Assembly (NCBI GenBank): GCA_017397685.1
Contig: JAFQID010000029.1
Coordinates: 1,931-65,930, forward strand
DNA: 64,000 bases
Direction of reading: 5' to 3'
Origin: Bacilli bacterium
Lineage (GTDB): Bacteria; Bacillota_I; Bacilli_A; RF39; UBA660
The translations under genes were made by a program, and so were the position numbers. The notes beneath the pieces were generated by a model that was given only the letters and a program-made list of their open reading frames with translations, was not told the DNA's origin and searched no databases. This document shows positions 52,843 through 62,167 of the stretch, piece after piece (within the stretch, counting starts at the first letter, position 1; each line of letters starts with the position of its first letter).

Positions 52843-53517
52843 ATGAGTCAAAATTTAGATTTAATACTTATGCTATTAATTATATTATTACCAGTAATAG
52901 CAAACATAAAAGTAAATAGCAATTATAATAAATATTCAAAACAAAAAAACAATGCAAATATTACTGGATCAATGATAGCTAGACTAATATTAGATAGAAA
53001 TGGGCTAAATCATATCAAAATACAAAAAGGCAGCGGACATTTAACCGATTATTTTGATGGAAAAAATGGATTAGTTGTTCTATCTCCAGAAATACATGAT
53101 GGAACATCAATATCTTCTATAGCAGTTGCTGCTCATGAAACAGGACATGCACTTCAGTACAAAGAAGGATATAGCTTTTTAAAATTAAGAACATCATTAG
53201 TTCCAGTTGTAAACTTTACATCTAGATTTTCAACAATTTTCTTATTTTTAGGTATAATATCAGGTATCATGAACTTCTTCGACTTAGGAATAATATTGTT
53301 ATCAATCGGATTATTATTTCACTTAGTTACACTTCCAGTAGAATATAATGCATCAAAAAGAGCAAAAGAAGAACTTTTAAATATGAATATGATTGCATCA
53401 AATGAAACAATAGGTATTAAAAAAGTATTAAATGCAGCTGCATTAACTTATGTAGCAGGATTTCTAGCAATGGCATTACAAATAATAAGATTAATAGCCT
53501 TAAGAAATAGAGATTAA
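52843..53517 (+). CDS. Membrane zinc metallopeptidase (YugP-like)
   Basis: HETGHALQ motif. ATG at 52843 follows RBS TAGGAG. Confidence 0.7.
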   Translation: MSQNLDLILMLLIILLPVIANIKVNSNYNKYSKQKNNANITGSMIARLILDRNGLNHIKIQKGSGHLTDYFDGKNGLVVLSPEIHDGTSISSIAVAAHETGHALQYKEGYSFLKLRTSLVPVVNFTSRFSTIFLFLGIISGIMNFFDLGIILLSIGLLFHLVTLPVEYNASKRAKEELLNMNMIASNETIGIKKVLNAAALTYVAGFLAMALQIIRLIALRNRD

Positions 53518-53563
53518 AAAAAGATTTTGAAACAAACTCAAAATCTTTTTAAATACAAATTAA

Positions 53564-53776
53564 TTATTTTACATAAGGTAAAATAGCCATAAATCTAGCT
53601 CTTTTAATTTGATTAGCAATATGTCTTTGATGTTTAGCACAAGCACCAGTCATTCTTCTAGGTAATATTTTACCTTTTTCATTAATATATTTTGATACAA
53701 TAGCCGCATCTTTATAATCAACTGTTTTACCAGCACACATTTGACATATTTTCTTTCTTCTATAAAACTCTGCCAT
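53564..53776 (-). CDS. rpsR: 30S ribosomal protein S18
   Basis: The standard rpsF-ssb-rpsR arrangement; the protein contains ...[14 protein letters not shown].... Confidence 0.95.
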   Translation of the reverse strand: MAEFYRRKKICQMCAGKTVDYKDAAIVSKYINEKGKILPRRMTGACAKHQRHIANQIKRARFMAILPYVK

Positions 53777-53787
53777 ATTTTCCTCCT

Positions 53788-54273
53788 TTAAAATGGTAAA
53801 TCATTATCACTTAACGTGATTTCACTATCAAAGTCTTCATAAGGATCTGAACTAGGCACTTCAATTTCTGGAGTAGAAGTATTGTTAGAAGAAACATCAG
53901 GATAAAAACCACTACTAGCATTATTATCACTAACATAACTACTATTAGAACTATCATTCTTAGAACCTACAAACTCTACATTATCAACAAGAACTTCAGT
54001 AACATATCTCTTAGTTCCATCATTAGCATCATAACTACGACTTTGTATTCTTCCTTCAAGTCCTATCATATTTCCTTTTTTAAAATACTTACTAATAAAA
54101 TCAGCTTGATTTCTAAAAGCAACGCAATTTATAAAATCAGCATCAAAATTGCCATCTTTATTTTTAAAATTTCTTTGAACAGCAACAGAAAAATTAGCTG
54201 TATTAAATCCAGAAGTTGTACTTCTTAATTCAGGATCTCTTGTAAGTCTTCCAACAAGTATAACTTTATTCAT
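53788..54273 (-). CDS. ssb: Single-stranded DNA-binding protein
   Basis: [17 protein letters not shown]... and an acidic C-terminal tip DNDLPF. Confidence 0.95.
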   Translation of the reverse strand: MNKVILVGRLTRDPELRSTTSGFNTANFSVAVQRNFKNKDGNFDADFINCVAFRNQADFISKYFKKGNMIGLEGRIQSRSYDANDGTKRYVTEVLVDNVEFVGSKNDSSNSSYVSDNNASSGFYPDVSSNNTSTPEIEVPSSDPYEDFDSEITLSDNDLPF

Positions 54274-54274
54274 A

Positions 54275-54562
54275 CTATTCCTCTTCTCTTATTATTAAAT
54301 GTCTTAAAATGTTTTCATCGATCTTAGCTTTTCTATCGAACTCATTAACAGCTTCTTTAGTAGCCTCAACATTTAATACAAAATAATATCCTCGAACTTG
54401 TTTCTTTATTGGATAAGCAAGTTTTCTTTGACCCATATCCTTAGTATTAACTATCTTAGATTTCATATCAGTTAAAACTTTTTCCATAGCTTTTTCAGTT
54501 TCTTTTACTGATTTTTCATCAAGTTCAGCTTTAATAATAAACATTATTTCATATTTATTCAT
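54275..54562 (-). CDS. rpsF: 30S ribosomal protein S6
   Basis: MNKYEIMFIIKAELDE.... Confidence 0.95.
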   Translation of the reverse strand: MNKYEIMFIIKAELDEKSVKETEKAMEKVLTDMKSKIVNTKDMGQRKLAYPIKKQVRGYYFVLNVEATKEAVNEFDRKAKIDENILRHLIIREEE

Positions 54563-54693
54563 ATTTCTACCCTCCTTTTGGTCTCACGGCTTTATTAAAA
54601 TAAAGCAAGGAACTTTTCGTTCACACGTATTATAACATACCACAAAAATAAGTTCAAGAACATTTTTTCGTAAATAATAAAAACATACAAACT

Positions 54694-56418
54694 TTACATC
54701 TTATCAGGCACATCAATAGCTAAAATATCAAGTAAACTCTCGCAAACACCATATACTAATTTTAAAAGACCTATATAACTAGACTTTTTATTAATATCTT
54801 GTTCACCTATTACATTATGTTCACTATAAAACTTACTAAATAAACTGCAAAGTTCAAACAAATATTCACAAATATAACTAGTCACTTTATCATTATATGA
54901 TTTTTTAAGTACTTTTGATAGTTCAACCACTTTTAAATATATATTTTTCTCCTCATCACTATATATATCTTTTATACTATATTCATTATAATCAAGCTTA
55001 TTCAAAATAGATTTAATTCTAACTAAACTATATAAAATATATGGTCCGGTTTTTCCTTCAAAAGAACTAAACTTTTCAACATCAAAAATATAATCAGTTG
55101 TCCTATAAGGTAATAAATCAGCATACTTAATCGTAGCAATAGTAAGAATATCTATGATTTTTCTAGATTCCTCATTATCTTCATATTTAACCATCTTCTT
55201 ACGAATTTCATCTTTTACCATGTCAATTAAAGAATTAAGTTCTAAAACGCCACCATCTCTAGTCTTATAAGGTTTACCATCCTTGCCATTTAAAGTACCA
55301 TTTGAATAATGAGCAAGCTTAACATTTTCTCTAACTAAACCACTTTTATAAGATGCTCTAAAAATTTGTTCAAAATAAAGCGACTGTCTAACATCTACAA
55401 CATACCATATTTCATCAGGATTATAATTCTTAACCCTAGCATAAATAGTAGCCAAATCTCTAGTGGCATAAATAGAAGCTCCATCATTTTTAACAACAAT
55501 CAAAGGAGGAATTTCAATTTTATCGTCATCTTTTTTAACATCAATAACCTTTGCTCCATTAGATTCATACATATAAGGTTCTAAAACTTTAAGAGTATCA
55601 TCTATATAAGCAAGTGAACTAAGTTCTCCTTCCCATAAATCAAAGTTACAATTTAATAAATCATAAGTTTTCTTAATTTCATTTTTAGAAACTTCAACAA
55701 TATCCTTCCACATAGAAAAGTATGGTTCTTTTCCTTCATCAACGAAAGCAGTTATCTTCCTAACCTCTTCCATTCTTTCAGGATTTTCTTTTGCATCTTT
55801 ACTAGCTTCCGGATAATAAATAGCAAGCTCTTCTGGAGTAATTTCAAGTTTTGGGTATGCTCCACTATAATTAGAATCAAAATATACTAACTCAGGTTTT
55901 CTTTTTTTAATTTCAGAAATTACCATACCTGATTGTCTTCCTAAATCCCCTAAATGAACATCACCTATAGTTTTATGACCAAGAGCCTTAGCAAGTCTTT
56001 TCAAAGCCTCTCCAATATTAGCAGTCCTCATATGGCCAACATGAAGTGCTTTCGCCGCATTCGCACCACCATAATCAACAACTATACTCTTTGGTTCTTC
56101 TTTGTCTATTAAACAATTAAAATCAATTAGTGCATTATTAATATAATCTAATAAAAACTTATCAGATAAACTAACATTAATAAAACCAGGTCCCGCAATA
56201 TTAACATTAGTAAATCTGTTATCAAACTCTTGTATTATTCTATCAGCTAATTCTCTAGGATTTAATCCATATTTTTTAGCCAAAGACATACATATATTAA
56301 TTTGAAAATCTCCCAAATCTTTTCTCGATGATACTTCAAACATCGCATTATCAATATCATAACCTAATTTTTTTACTATATCCAAAATATACTCTTCACA
56401 TAGTTTTATCAAACTCAT
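54694..56418 (-). CDS. argS: Arginyl-tRNA synthetase
   Basis: Class I HIGH-type motif ANAAKALHVGH and a C-terminal DALR anticodon-binding domain. The start is ATG at 56418 (or 56442). Confidence 0.9.
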   Translation of the reverse strand: MSLIKLCEEYILDIVKKLGYDIDNAMFEVSSRKDLGDFQINICMSLAKKYGLNPRELADRIIQEFDNRFTNVNIAGPGFINVSLSDKFLLDYINNALIDFNCLIDKEEPKSIVVDYGGANAAKALHVGHMRTANIGEALKRLAKALGHKTIGDVHLGDLGRQSGMVISEIKKRKPELVYFDSNYSGAYPKLEITPEELAIYYPEASKDAKENPERMEEVRKITAFVDEGKEPYFSMWKDIVEVSKNEIKKTYDLLNCNFDLWEGELSSLAYIDDTLKVLEPYMYESNGAKVIDVKKDDDKIEIPPLIVVKNDGASIYATRDLATIYARVKNYNPDEIWYVVDVRQSLYFEQIFRASYKSGLVRENVKLAHYSNGTLNGKDGKPYKTRDGGVLELNSLIDMVKDEIRKKMVKYEDNEESRKIIDILTIATIKYADLLPYRTTDYIFDVEKFSSFEGKTGPYILYSLVRIKSILNKLDYNEYSIKDIYSDEEKNIYLKVVELSKVLKKSYNDKVTSYICEYLFELCSLFSKFYSEHNVIGEQDINKKSSYIGLLKLVYGVCESLLDILAIDVPDKM

Positions 56419-56527
56419 ACTTATCAATCCCTCTCTCGACACAAATTATATCAAATTTTACAAAGAATTCAAATTATTATTTAAATATTAAAAAAATTAA
56501 ATTATAATAATAACAGGAGAAAAGGAT

Positions 56528-57034
56528 ATGAATATACTATTAGCACAATTAATTGGTATGGCCGGAGTAATTCTAATGGTTGGAAGCATGCAATTTAAAA
56601 CAAAAAAACATATAATGCTAGCTCAACTAATCGCAAACATTTTATATGCTATTCAGTACACACTACTAGGTGCATTTTCAGCAAGCTCAATGAACATTAT
56701 TGGTACAATTAGATGTTTAACTATATATACACACGAAAAAAAATTAAAAAAGCCAAATATTTTAATACCTATATTATTAAGTATAATTACAATTATAATT
56801 GGAATAATTAATTATAAAACCTATTTATCTTTAATCCCACTTTTAATATCACTTTCTCACACAATAACAGCATTTTTAAAAAATACTAAAATATATAAAA
56901 TTACATTTTTAACAACATGTATAATATGGATTTACTATAATTACTCAGTAAAAGCATTCACTTGCTTAATAGGTAATATATTAGAAGCATTCTCCACTTC
57001 AATCTCATTACATAAAACAAAAAAAAGTCAATAA
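56528..57034 (+). CDS. YgjV-like inner membrane protein
   Basis: 168 aa with five TM segments. The N-terminus LLAQLIGMAGVILMVGSMQFK is typical of the family. Confidence 0.5.
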   Translation: MNILLAQLIGMAGVILMVGSMQFKTKKHIMLAQLIANILYAIQYTLLGAFSASSMNIIGTIRCLTIYTHEKKLKKPNILIPILLSIITIIIGIINYKTYLSLIPLLISLSHTITAFLKNTKIYKITFLTTCIIWIYYNYSVKAFTCLIGNILEAFSTSISLHKTKKSQ

Positions 57035-57069
57035 TATAATTATAATTTCATATAATATATTACACTATT

Positions 57070-57098
57070 TTGACAAAACTCATTAAATTTGCTATAAT
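57070..57098 (+). promoter_or_regulatory. Perfect consensus sigma-A promoter
   Basis: TTGACA (57070-57075), 17 nt spacer, TATAAT (57093-57098). Confidence 0.75.
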
Positions 57099-57104
57099 TA
57101 AATA

Positions 57105-57469
57105 CGTGTGGAGCATTATTCTAGTCAAATAGACTACTAGAAGATGGGGCTAAAAATCCATTAATTGTGCAAAAAGATACTTTATGTGTTTTGCTTCTTT
57201 CGCCCAGACTGGGGTGAACATATAATTTTAGATTTAAGGATATTATATAATGGCATATATAAGAACTCCTTTTATCACATCGGAGATTATGAACGCACAT
57301 GTCGTGAGTGGTTTATTGGGAAAGAAATTGAAAAATAAATTGCAAAAGCGAATAAAAGTAGAACCTATTTGTTTGGGAAAACCTCTAGACTGTCATGACT
57401 ATAAGGATTGAAGTGCGGACTAAGTGGTAATCGAGTAATCACTTAAGGCAACTAGTGATTTGGTTTTTT
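57105..57469 (+). ncRNA. Unclassified structured RNA or riboswitch-like leader of about 365 nt, ending in an intrinsic terminator
   Basis: G+C-enriched pockets stand out in an AT-rich background. There is a hairpin at 57129-57152. The terminator is AATCACT (57437-57443) paired with AGTGATT (57454-57460) plus TGGTTTTTT. The competing helix is TAAGTG (57421-57426) paired with CACTTA (57440-57445). Confidence 0.45.
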
Positions 57470-57587
57470 AAAGAGAAATCGCCTAAGGGTAACCGAGGGA
57501 AAAATCCAAGAGAAATTCAACTCGACCTAAAGCCGTAAAATTAACTTATAGTATTCCATACATTTTTTTATTAGGAGAAAAAATAAA

Positions 57588-58109
57588 ATGAAAAAAGATA
57601 ACTGGATTTTAAAAGCATTTTTGATGACTTTTTTTATAGCTCTTTTTTTTAGCGGAACATCTAATTTAATTGTAAATAAATTTGATTTCTTAACATTAAT
57701 AATTTTAACAATAATAATTATTTTAATAGGAATAATATTTGATATGATTGGTACCGCTGTTTTAACAGCAAGTGAGCCATCATTCCACGCCAAAAGTGCA
57801 AAGAAAATAAAAGGTGCAAAAGAAACAATATATTTAATAAAAAATCAAAATAAAATAGCCAGTATATGTAATGACGTAATCGGAGATATATGTGGAATTA
57901 TAAGTGGTAGCCTAGGAGCAATGATATCACTAAATTTAAATAGTATATTAAATATAAACATAACAATTATAACATTACTAGTTAGCAGCATAATATCATC
58001 TCTAACCGTAGGAGGAAAAGCCGCAGGAAAGAAAACAGCCATAAAAAAAAGTGATAACATAATATTTATAGTAGGAAAAATAATATATAAATTTAAAAGA
58101 AAAAAATAA
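57588..58109 (+). CDS. Membrane protein, 173 aa, unknown family
   Basis: RBS AGGAG and four hydrophobic segments. It lies downstream of the structured RNA. Confidence 0.6.
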   Translation: MKKDNWILKAFLMTFFIALFFSGTSNLIVNKFDFLTLIILTIIIILIGIIFDMIGTAVLTASEPSFHAKSAKKIKGAKETIYLIKNQNKIASICNDVIGDICGIISGSLGAMISLNLNSILNINITIITLLVSSIISSLTVGGKAAGKKTAIKKSDNIIFIVGKIIYKFKRKK

Positions 58110-58116
58110 AGACATT

Positions 58117-58482
58117 TCAATCTCTAAAATGTCTTTTTTTATTTTTCTTTAAACTATAACCATACTTATTTGGTAGTTCATTTTGAACCATTACAAAACC
58201 ACAAATCTCGCATTTTCCTTCATAAGATAAAGCCATATCCCAAAACGGACTTTCCTTTTCTCTCCATTCAAATTTATGTCCTTGTAATTCACAAATTATA
58301 CCATTAATATAACTAAGCTCCTCTTTTCTCTTTTCAGATAATTTAATTGCATTTTCAAATAGTCTCTTTGCTTTTTCTCTTTCCTCATATAATTCTTTTA
58401 ATAAATTATCATAAGCTAGCTCAGACTTCTTTTTAATTTCTAAAACATCATTAACTTTACTAGAAAAACTATTCTTCTTCAT
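58117..58482 (-). CDS. Hypothetical protein, 121 aa
   Basis: A coiled-coil N-terminus and a C..C pair (CELQGH...CEICGF). Confidence 0.5.
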   Translation of the reverse strand: MKKNSFSSKVNDVLEIKKKSELAYDNLLKELYEEREKAKRLFENAIKLSEKRKEELSYINGIICELQGHKFEWREKESPFWDMALSYEGKCEICGFVMVQNELPNKYGYSLKKNKKRHFRD

Positions 58483-58493
58483 ATATCTCCTTA

Positions 58494-60299
58494 TTATTTT
58501 ATATTACTTCTATATCTCATTTTACTATCTAAAATCTTTTTTCTAATTCTAATACTCTCAGGAGTTACTTCTACTAATTCATCGCTTTCAATAAACTCTA
58601 AAGCACCCTCTAAACTAAAAATCTTAGGCTTAGTAAGAACTATCGCATCATCACTACCAGCTGATCTTGTATTACTAAACTCTTTATTCTTACATGGATT
58701 TACATCCAAATCATTTTCTCTACTATGAATACCAACAATCATTCCATTATATATATTTTCTCCTGGTCCAATAATCATAGTACCTCTATCTTGTAAATTA
58801 TATAAAGCATATCCAAACGACTGCCCATTTTCCATAGAAACTAAAACACCATTTTTTCTAGATTGTATTTCTCCACTATAAGGTTTATACGAATCAAAAC
58901 TTCTAACCATAATACCTTCACCCTTAGTATTAGTAATAAAATTACTTCTATAACCAAGTAAACCTCTAGTAGGTGCAGAAAACTCAAGTCTATCATAACC
59001 ACCATCTAAAGTTTCCATTAACTCTAAAGTACCTTTTCTTTCACTTATGTCACTTATAATACCACCAGAATACTCACTAGGAGTATTTATAATAACTTTT
59101 TCAAACGGCTCACACTTAACACCATCTATTTCTTTAAATATAACTTCAGGCTTAGATACAGCAAGCTCGTACCCCTCACGTCTCATATTTTCAATTAATA
59201 TAGATAGATGTAATTCACCTCTACCAGATACTTTAAAACCTTCTTGATTAGCTAGAGATTCAACTTCTAAACCAACATTTCTTTCAAGTTCAGCCTCTAA
59301 CCTATCCTTTAAATGACGACTAGTTACAAACTTACCTTCCTTACCAGCAAAAGGAGAATTATTAACTAAAAAATTCATAGTCAAAGTTGGTTTTTCTATT
59401 TCGATTTTAGGAAGCGGATTTACATTATTAACATCACAAATAGTATCGCCAATAGATATATTACCGCACCCAGCAACCGTAACAATATCACCATAGTATG
59501 CTTCCTTAACTTCTACTTTCTTTATTCCCTCATTTACAAATATTTTAGATATTTTTTCTTTTACTTCACTTCCATCATTTTTAGCAATAACAACAGTTTC
59601 TCCAACTCTTATTTTTCCTTTACTAACCCTACCAATTCCAAGTCTACCAATATAATCATCATAATCAAGTTGAGAAATTTGAAGTTGAAGAGGGTCATTT
59701 TCATTACCATCATAAGGATTAGTAGTTTCAAGTATTGTATCTAATAAAGGATATATATCATCATTTAAATCATCCTCATTATATCTAGCAATTCCATCTC
59801 TAGCTATACCATATATAATCTTAAAATCAAGTTGCTCATTACTAGCCCCAAGATCACAAAACAAATCAAAAGTCATATTAACAACTTCTTCACTTCTAGC
59901 ATCCTTTTTATCAATTTTATTAATAAACAGAATTGGCCTAAGACCATATTTTAAAGCTTCATTTAAAACGAACCTTGTTTGAGGCATAGGTCCCTCACTA
60001 GAATCAACAAGCAAAATAGCTGTATCAACAGTTTTAATAATTCTTTCTATTTCACTACTAAAATCAGCATGCCCAGGAGTATCAACAATATTCATTTTTA
60101 CCCCTTTGTATCTTATAGAACAGTTTTTAGCTGTAATAGTAATACCTCTTTCTCTTTCAATATCTCCACTATCCATAACACATTCTTTAACTTCTTCATT
60201 ATCACGAAAAACGTTACAAGATTTAAGTAAAGCATCTACTAAAGTACTTTTACCAGCATCAACATGAGCCATAACCGCAACATTAATTATTTTTTCCAT
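58494..60299 (-). CDS. typA: Translational GTPase TypA/BipA
   Basis: G1 motif AHVDAGKST and G3 motif DTPGHADF in an EF-G-like architecture. The start is ATG at 60299. Confidence 0.93.
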   Translation of the reverse strand: MEKIINVAVMAHVDAGKSTLVDALLKSCNVFRDNEEVKECVMDSGDIERERGITITAKNCSIRYKGVKMNIVDTPGHADFSSEIERIIKTVDTAILLVDSSEGPMPQTRFVLNEALKYGLRPILFINKIDKKDARSEEVVNMTFDLFCDLGASNEQLDFKIIYGIARDGIARYNEDDLNDDIYPLLDTILETTNPYDGNENDPLQLQISQLDYDDYIGRLGIGRVSKGKIRVGETVVIAKNDGSEVKEKISKIFVNEGIKKVEVKEAYYGDIVTVAGCGNISIGDTICDVNNVNPLPKIEIEKPTLTMNFLVNNSPFAGKEGKFVTSRHLKDRLEAELERNVGLEVESLANQEGFKVSGRGELHLSILIENMRREGYELAVSKPEVIFKEIDGVKCEPFEKVIINTPSEYSGGIISDISERKGTLELMETLDGGYDRLEFSAPTRGLLGYRSNFITNTKGEGIMVRSFDSYKPYSGEIQSRKNGVLVSMENGQSFGYALYNLQDRGTMIIGPGENIYNGMIVGIHSRENDLDVNPCKNKEFSNTRSAGSDDAIVLTKPKIFSLEGALEFIESDELVEVTPESIRIRKKILDSKMRYRSNIK

Positions 60300-60495
60300 A
60301 AAACTCATCCCCATTTCAATTTGCAAGAGTAATAATACTATAAAATCAAATAATTTTCAAGCATTAATTAATAAAACATAATATGACATAAATTTTAAAA
60401 TTCAAATGATATTATTATTAATAGTGATAAATTATCATTAATGGTAAGTGGTTAAAAATCATAAATAATGTAAAAATATTATTAGGAGAAATAAA

Positions 60496-60750
60496 ATGAA
60501 AGAAAATACCACAATAATTAAGGAAAATGAATTATATAAAAAAATTGGTAAAAATATAAAATATTATAGACGTCTTTATAGTATAAATATAGAAGAAATG
60601 ACACAAGAAAAATTAGCAAAAAAAATAAACGCATCAACATCTCTAATAGGAAACCTAGAAAGCTCAAAAATAGTACAAGGAATTAGCCTATATAATTTAT
60701 ATAAAATAAGCATTGTTCTAAAAGTAAAAATAGATAAATTTTTTGAATAA
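60496..60750 (+). CDS. Small XRE-like HTH protein, paralog 1
   Basis: ELYKKIGKNIKYYRR...TQEKLAKKINASTSLIGNLES...SLYNLYKISIVLKVKIDKFF. Confidence 0.7.
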   Translation: MKENTTIIKENELYKKIGKNIKYYRRLYSINIEEMTQEKLAKKINASTSLIGNLESSKIVQGISLYNLYKISIVLKVKIDKFFE

Positions 60751-60824
60751 TCCAACAGATTTATTATAATTTTTAAAAAAAGAGCAATAATAATACTAAT
60801 AATAAATCATATAGGAGAATCAAA

Positions 60825-61064
60825 ATGAATGAAAAGGAGTTATATAAAACTATTGGAAAAAATATAAAGAAATATAGAAACGAATATAATAAAAAAAATC
60901 CTAAAATCACTCAGGAAAAATTAGCTGAAATAATAAACGTTTCAGTATCATTTATAAGTGGATTAGAAAGTTCAAAAACTTCTAAAGGCATAAGCATTTA
61001 TACTTTATATAATATAAGTAAAGTATTAAAAGTAAGTATAGATGATTTAATAAAAAAAGATTAA
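60825..61064 (+). CDS. Small XRE-like HTH protein, paralog 2
   Basis: ELYKTIGKNIKKYRNEY...TQEKLAEIINVSVSFISGLES...SIYTLYNISKVLKVSIDDLI. Confidence 0.7.
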   Translation: MNEKELYKTIGKNIKKYRNEYNKKNPKITQEKLAEIINVSVSFISGLESSKTSKGISIYTLYNISKVLKVSIDDLIKKD

Positions 61065-61312
61065 TCTTCATACTCAAAAAATTTATCAATTCTAACCCCC
61101 AAAACAATTGATATTTTATAAAGAGAATACAATGATAATCCCTCACTACCTCTAGTGCTTTCAAATTTCCTAATAAACTCTGGGTAAACACCAATATCAA
61201 GTGCAAGCTGCTCCTGAGTAATACCCACTAATTTTCTATATTTTCGTACATTATAAGATATAGTCTCAATTATTTTATCATCAAAATCAAAATCTCTTTT
61301 AAACCTTGCCAT
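61061..61312 (-). CDS. Small XRE-like HTH protein, paralog 3 (opposite strand)
   Basis: ISYNVRKYRKLVGITQEQLALDIGVYPEFIRKFES...SLYSLYKISIVLGVRIDKFF. Its stop overlaps the stop of paralog 2. Confidence 0.7.
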   Translation of the reverse strand: MARFKRDFDFDDKIIETISYNVRKYRKLVGITQEQLALDIGVYPEFIRKFESTRGSEGLSLYSLYKISIVLGVRIDKFFEYED

Positions 61313-61391
61313 AAAACTTCACCTAAAAATATTTTACCTTCTTTACAAGAAAAACGATGTAGTGTTATACTATACATGTGTAGGAGAAATA

Positions 61392-61637
61392 ATGAAAGAA
61401 GAAGATTTTTATAATATAATAGGTCAAAATATTAAAAAATATAGAAATGAATATAATAAAAAGTATGGTAAAATGACACAAGAACTATTAGCTGAAAAAT
61501 TAAACACATCCGTTTCATTCATAAGTAAATTAGAAAGTAAAAGAACTTATCAAAGCATAAGCATACCAACACTATACAAAATATCAATAATATTAAAAAT
61601 ACCAATAGACAAACTGATTAAAGGAGATACACAATGA
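61392..61637 (+). CDS. Small XRE-like HTH protein, paralog 4
   Basis: DFYNIIGQNIKKYRNEY...TQELLAEKLNTSVSFISKLES...SIPTLYKISIILKIPIDKLI. RBS TAGGAG. Confidence 0.7.
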   Translation: MKEEDFYNIIGQNIKKYRNEYNKKYGKMTQELLAEKLNTSVSFISKLESKRTYQSISIPTLYKISIILKIPIDKLIKGDTQ

Positions 61638-62167
61638 ATATAGATAACTATTTATTAAAAGATTACATTATTAATGCATCAGACATTAAATATCTTTTAA
61701 AAACTAAAACTTTAAAAAAACTATTAAAAGAAATATCAAACGATAAAATAACAATAACAAACAAACAAATACACCACCAAGACATAAACCATATAGAAAA
61801 TTTTATACTTATTTTAGATCAATACATATATTTTATAAAAAAACAAATATTTTTAGATCCATTAGAAATAAGATATTTAATAGAACTATCTATTGACAAC
61901 AAATATAGCAATTTATTCACAAATAAAAATTATTACTTAGATAATGAAGATTATTATCTAAAAGAATTTAAAAAATTATTTTCACACAATTTTAAAATTA
62001 ATCAAAGAATAATCAAAAAAAATGTTAACAACTATCAAGTTATCAACAATTATAAATCTTTATGTAATTTAATTAACAATAACAAAGATAAATATTATAT
62101 TCTTTTTGAAACTTATAATAATATAGAAAACTTATTAAGCAATTGGAAAAAAATAAAGTTTAATTAA
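61634..62167 (+). CDS. Hypothetical protein, 177 aa
   Basis: Its start overlaps the stop of paralog 4 (ATGA). It is Asn/Lys/Ile-rich with no recognised domain. Confidence 0.5.
   Translation: MNIDNYLLKDYIINASDIKYLLKTKTLKKLLKEISNDKITITNKQIHHQDINHIENFILILDQYIYFIKKQIFLDPLEIRYLIELSIDNKYSNLFTNKNYYLDNEDYYLKEFKKLFSHNFKINQRIIKKNVNNYQVINNYKSLCNLINNNKDKYYILFETYNNIENLLSNWKKIKFN

Noticed and set aside
57105-57469. The RNA at 57.1 kb as tmRNA, RNase P RNA or a T-box
   Set aside because: It has no GGGG...UCCACCA acceptor pairing or alanine-tag frame. It has no GAGGAAAGUCC/ACAGAA core. GGGUAACCGAGGG lacks the GGUGGUACCGCG T-box core and lies after the terminator.
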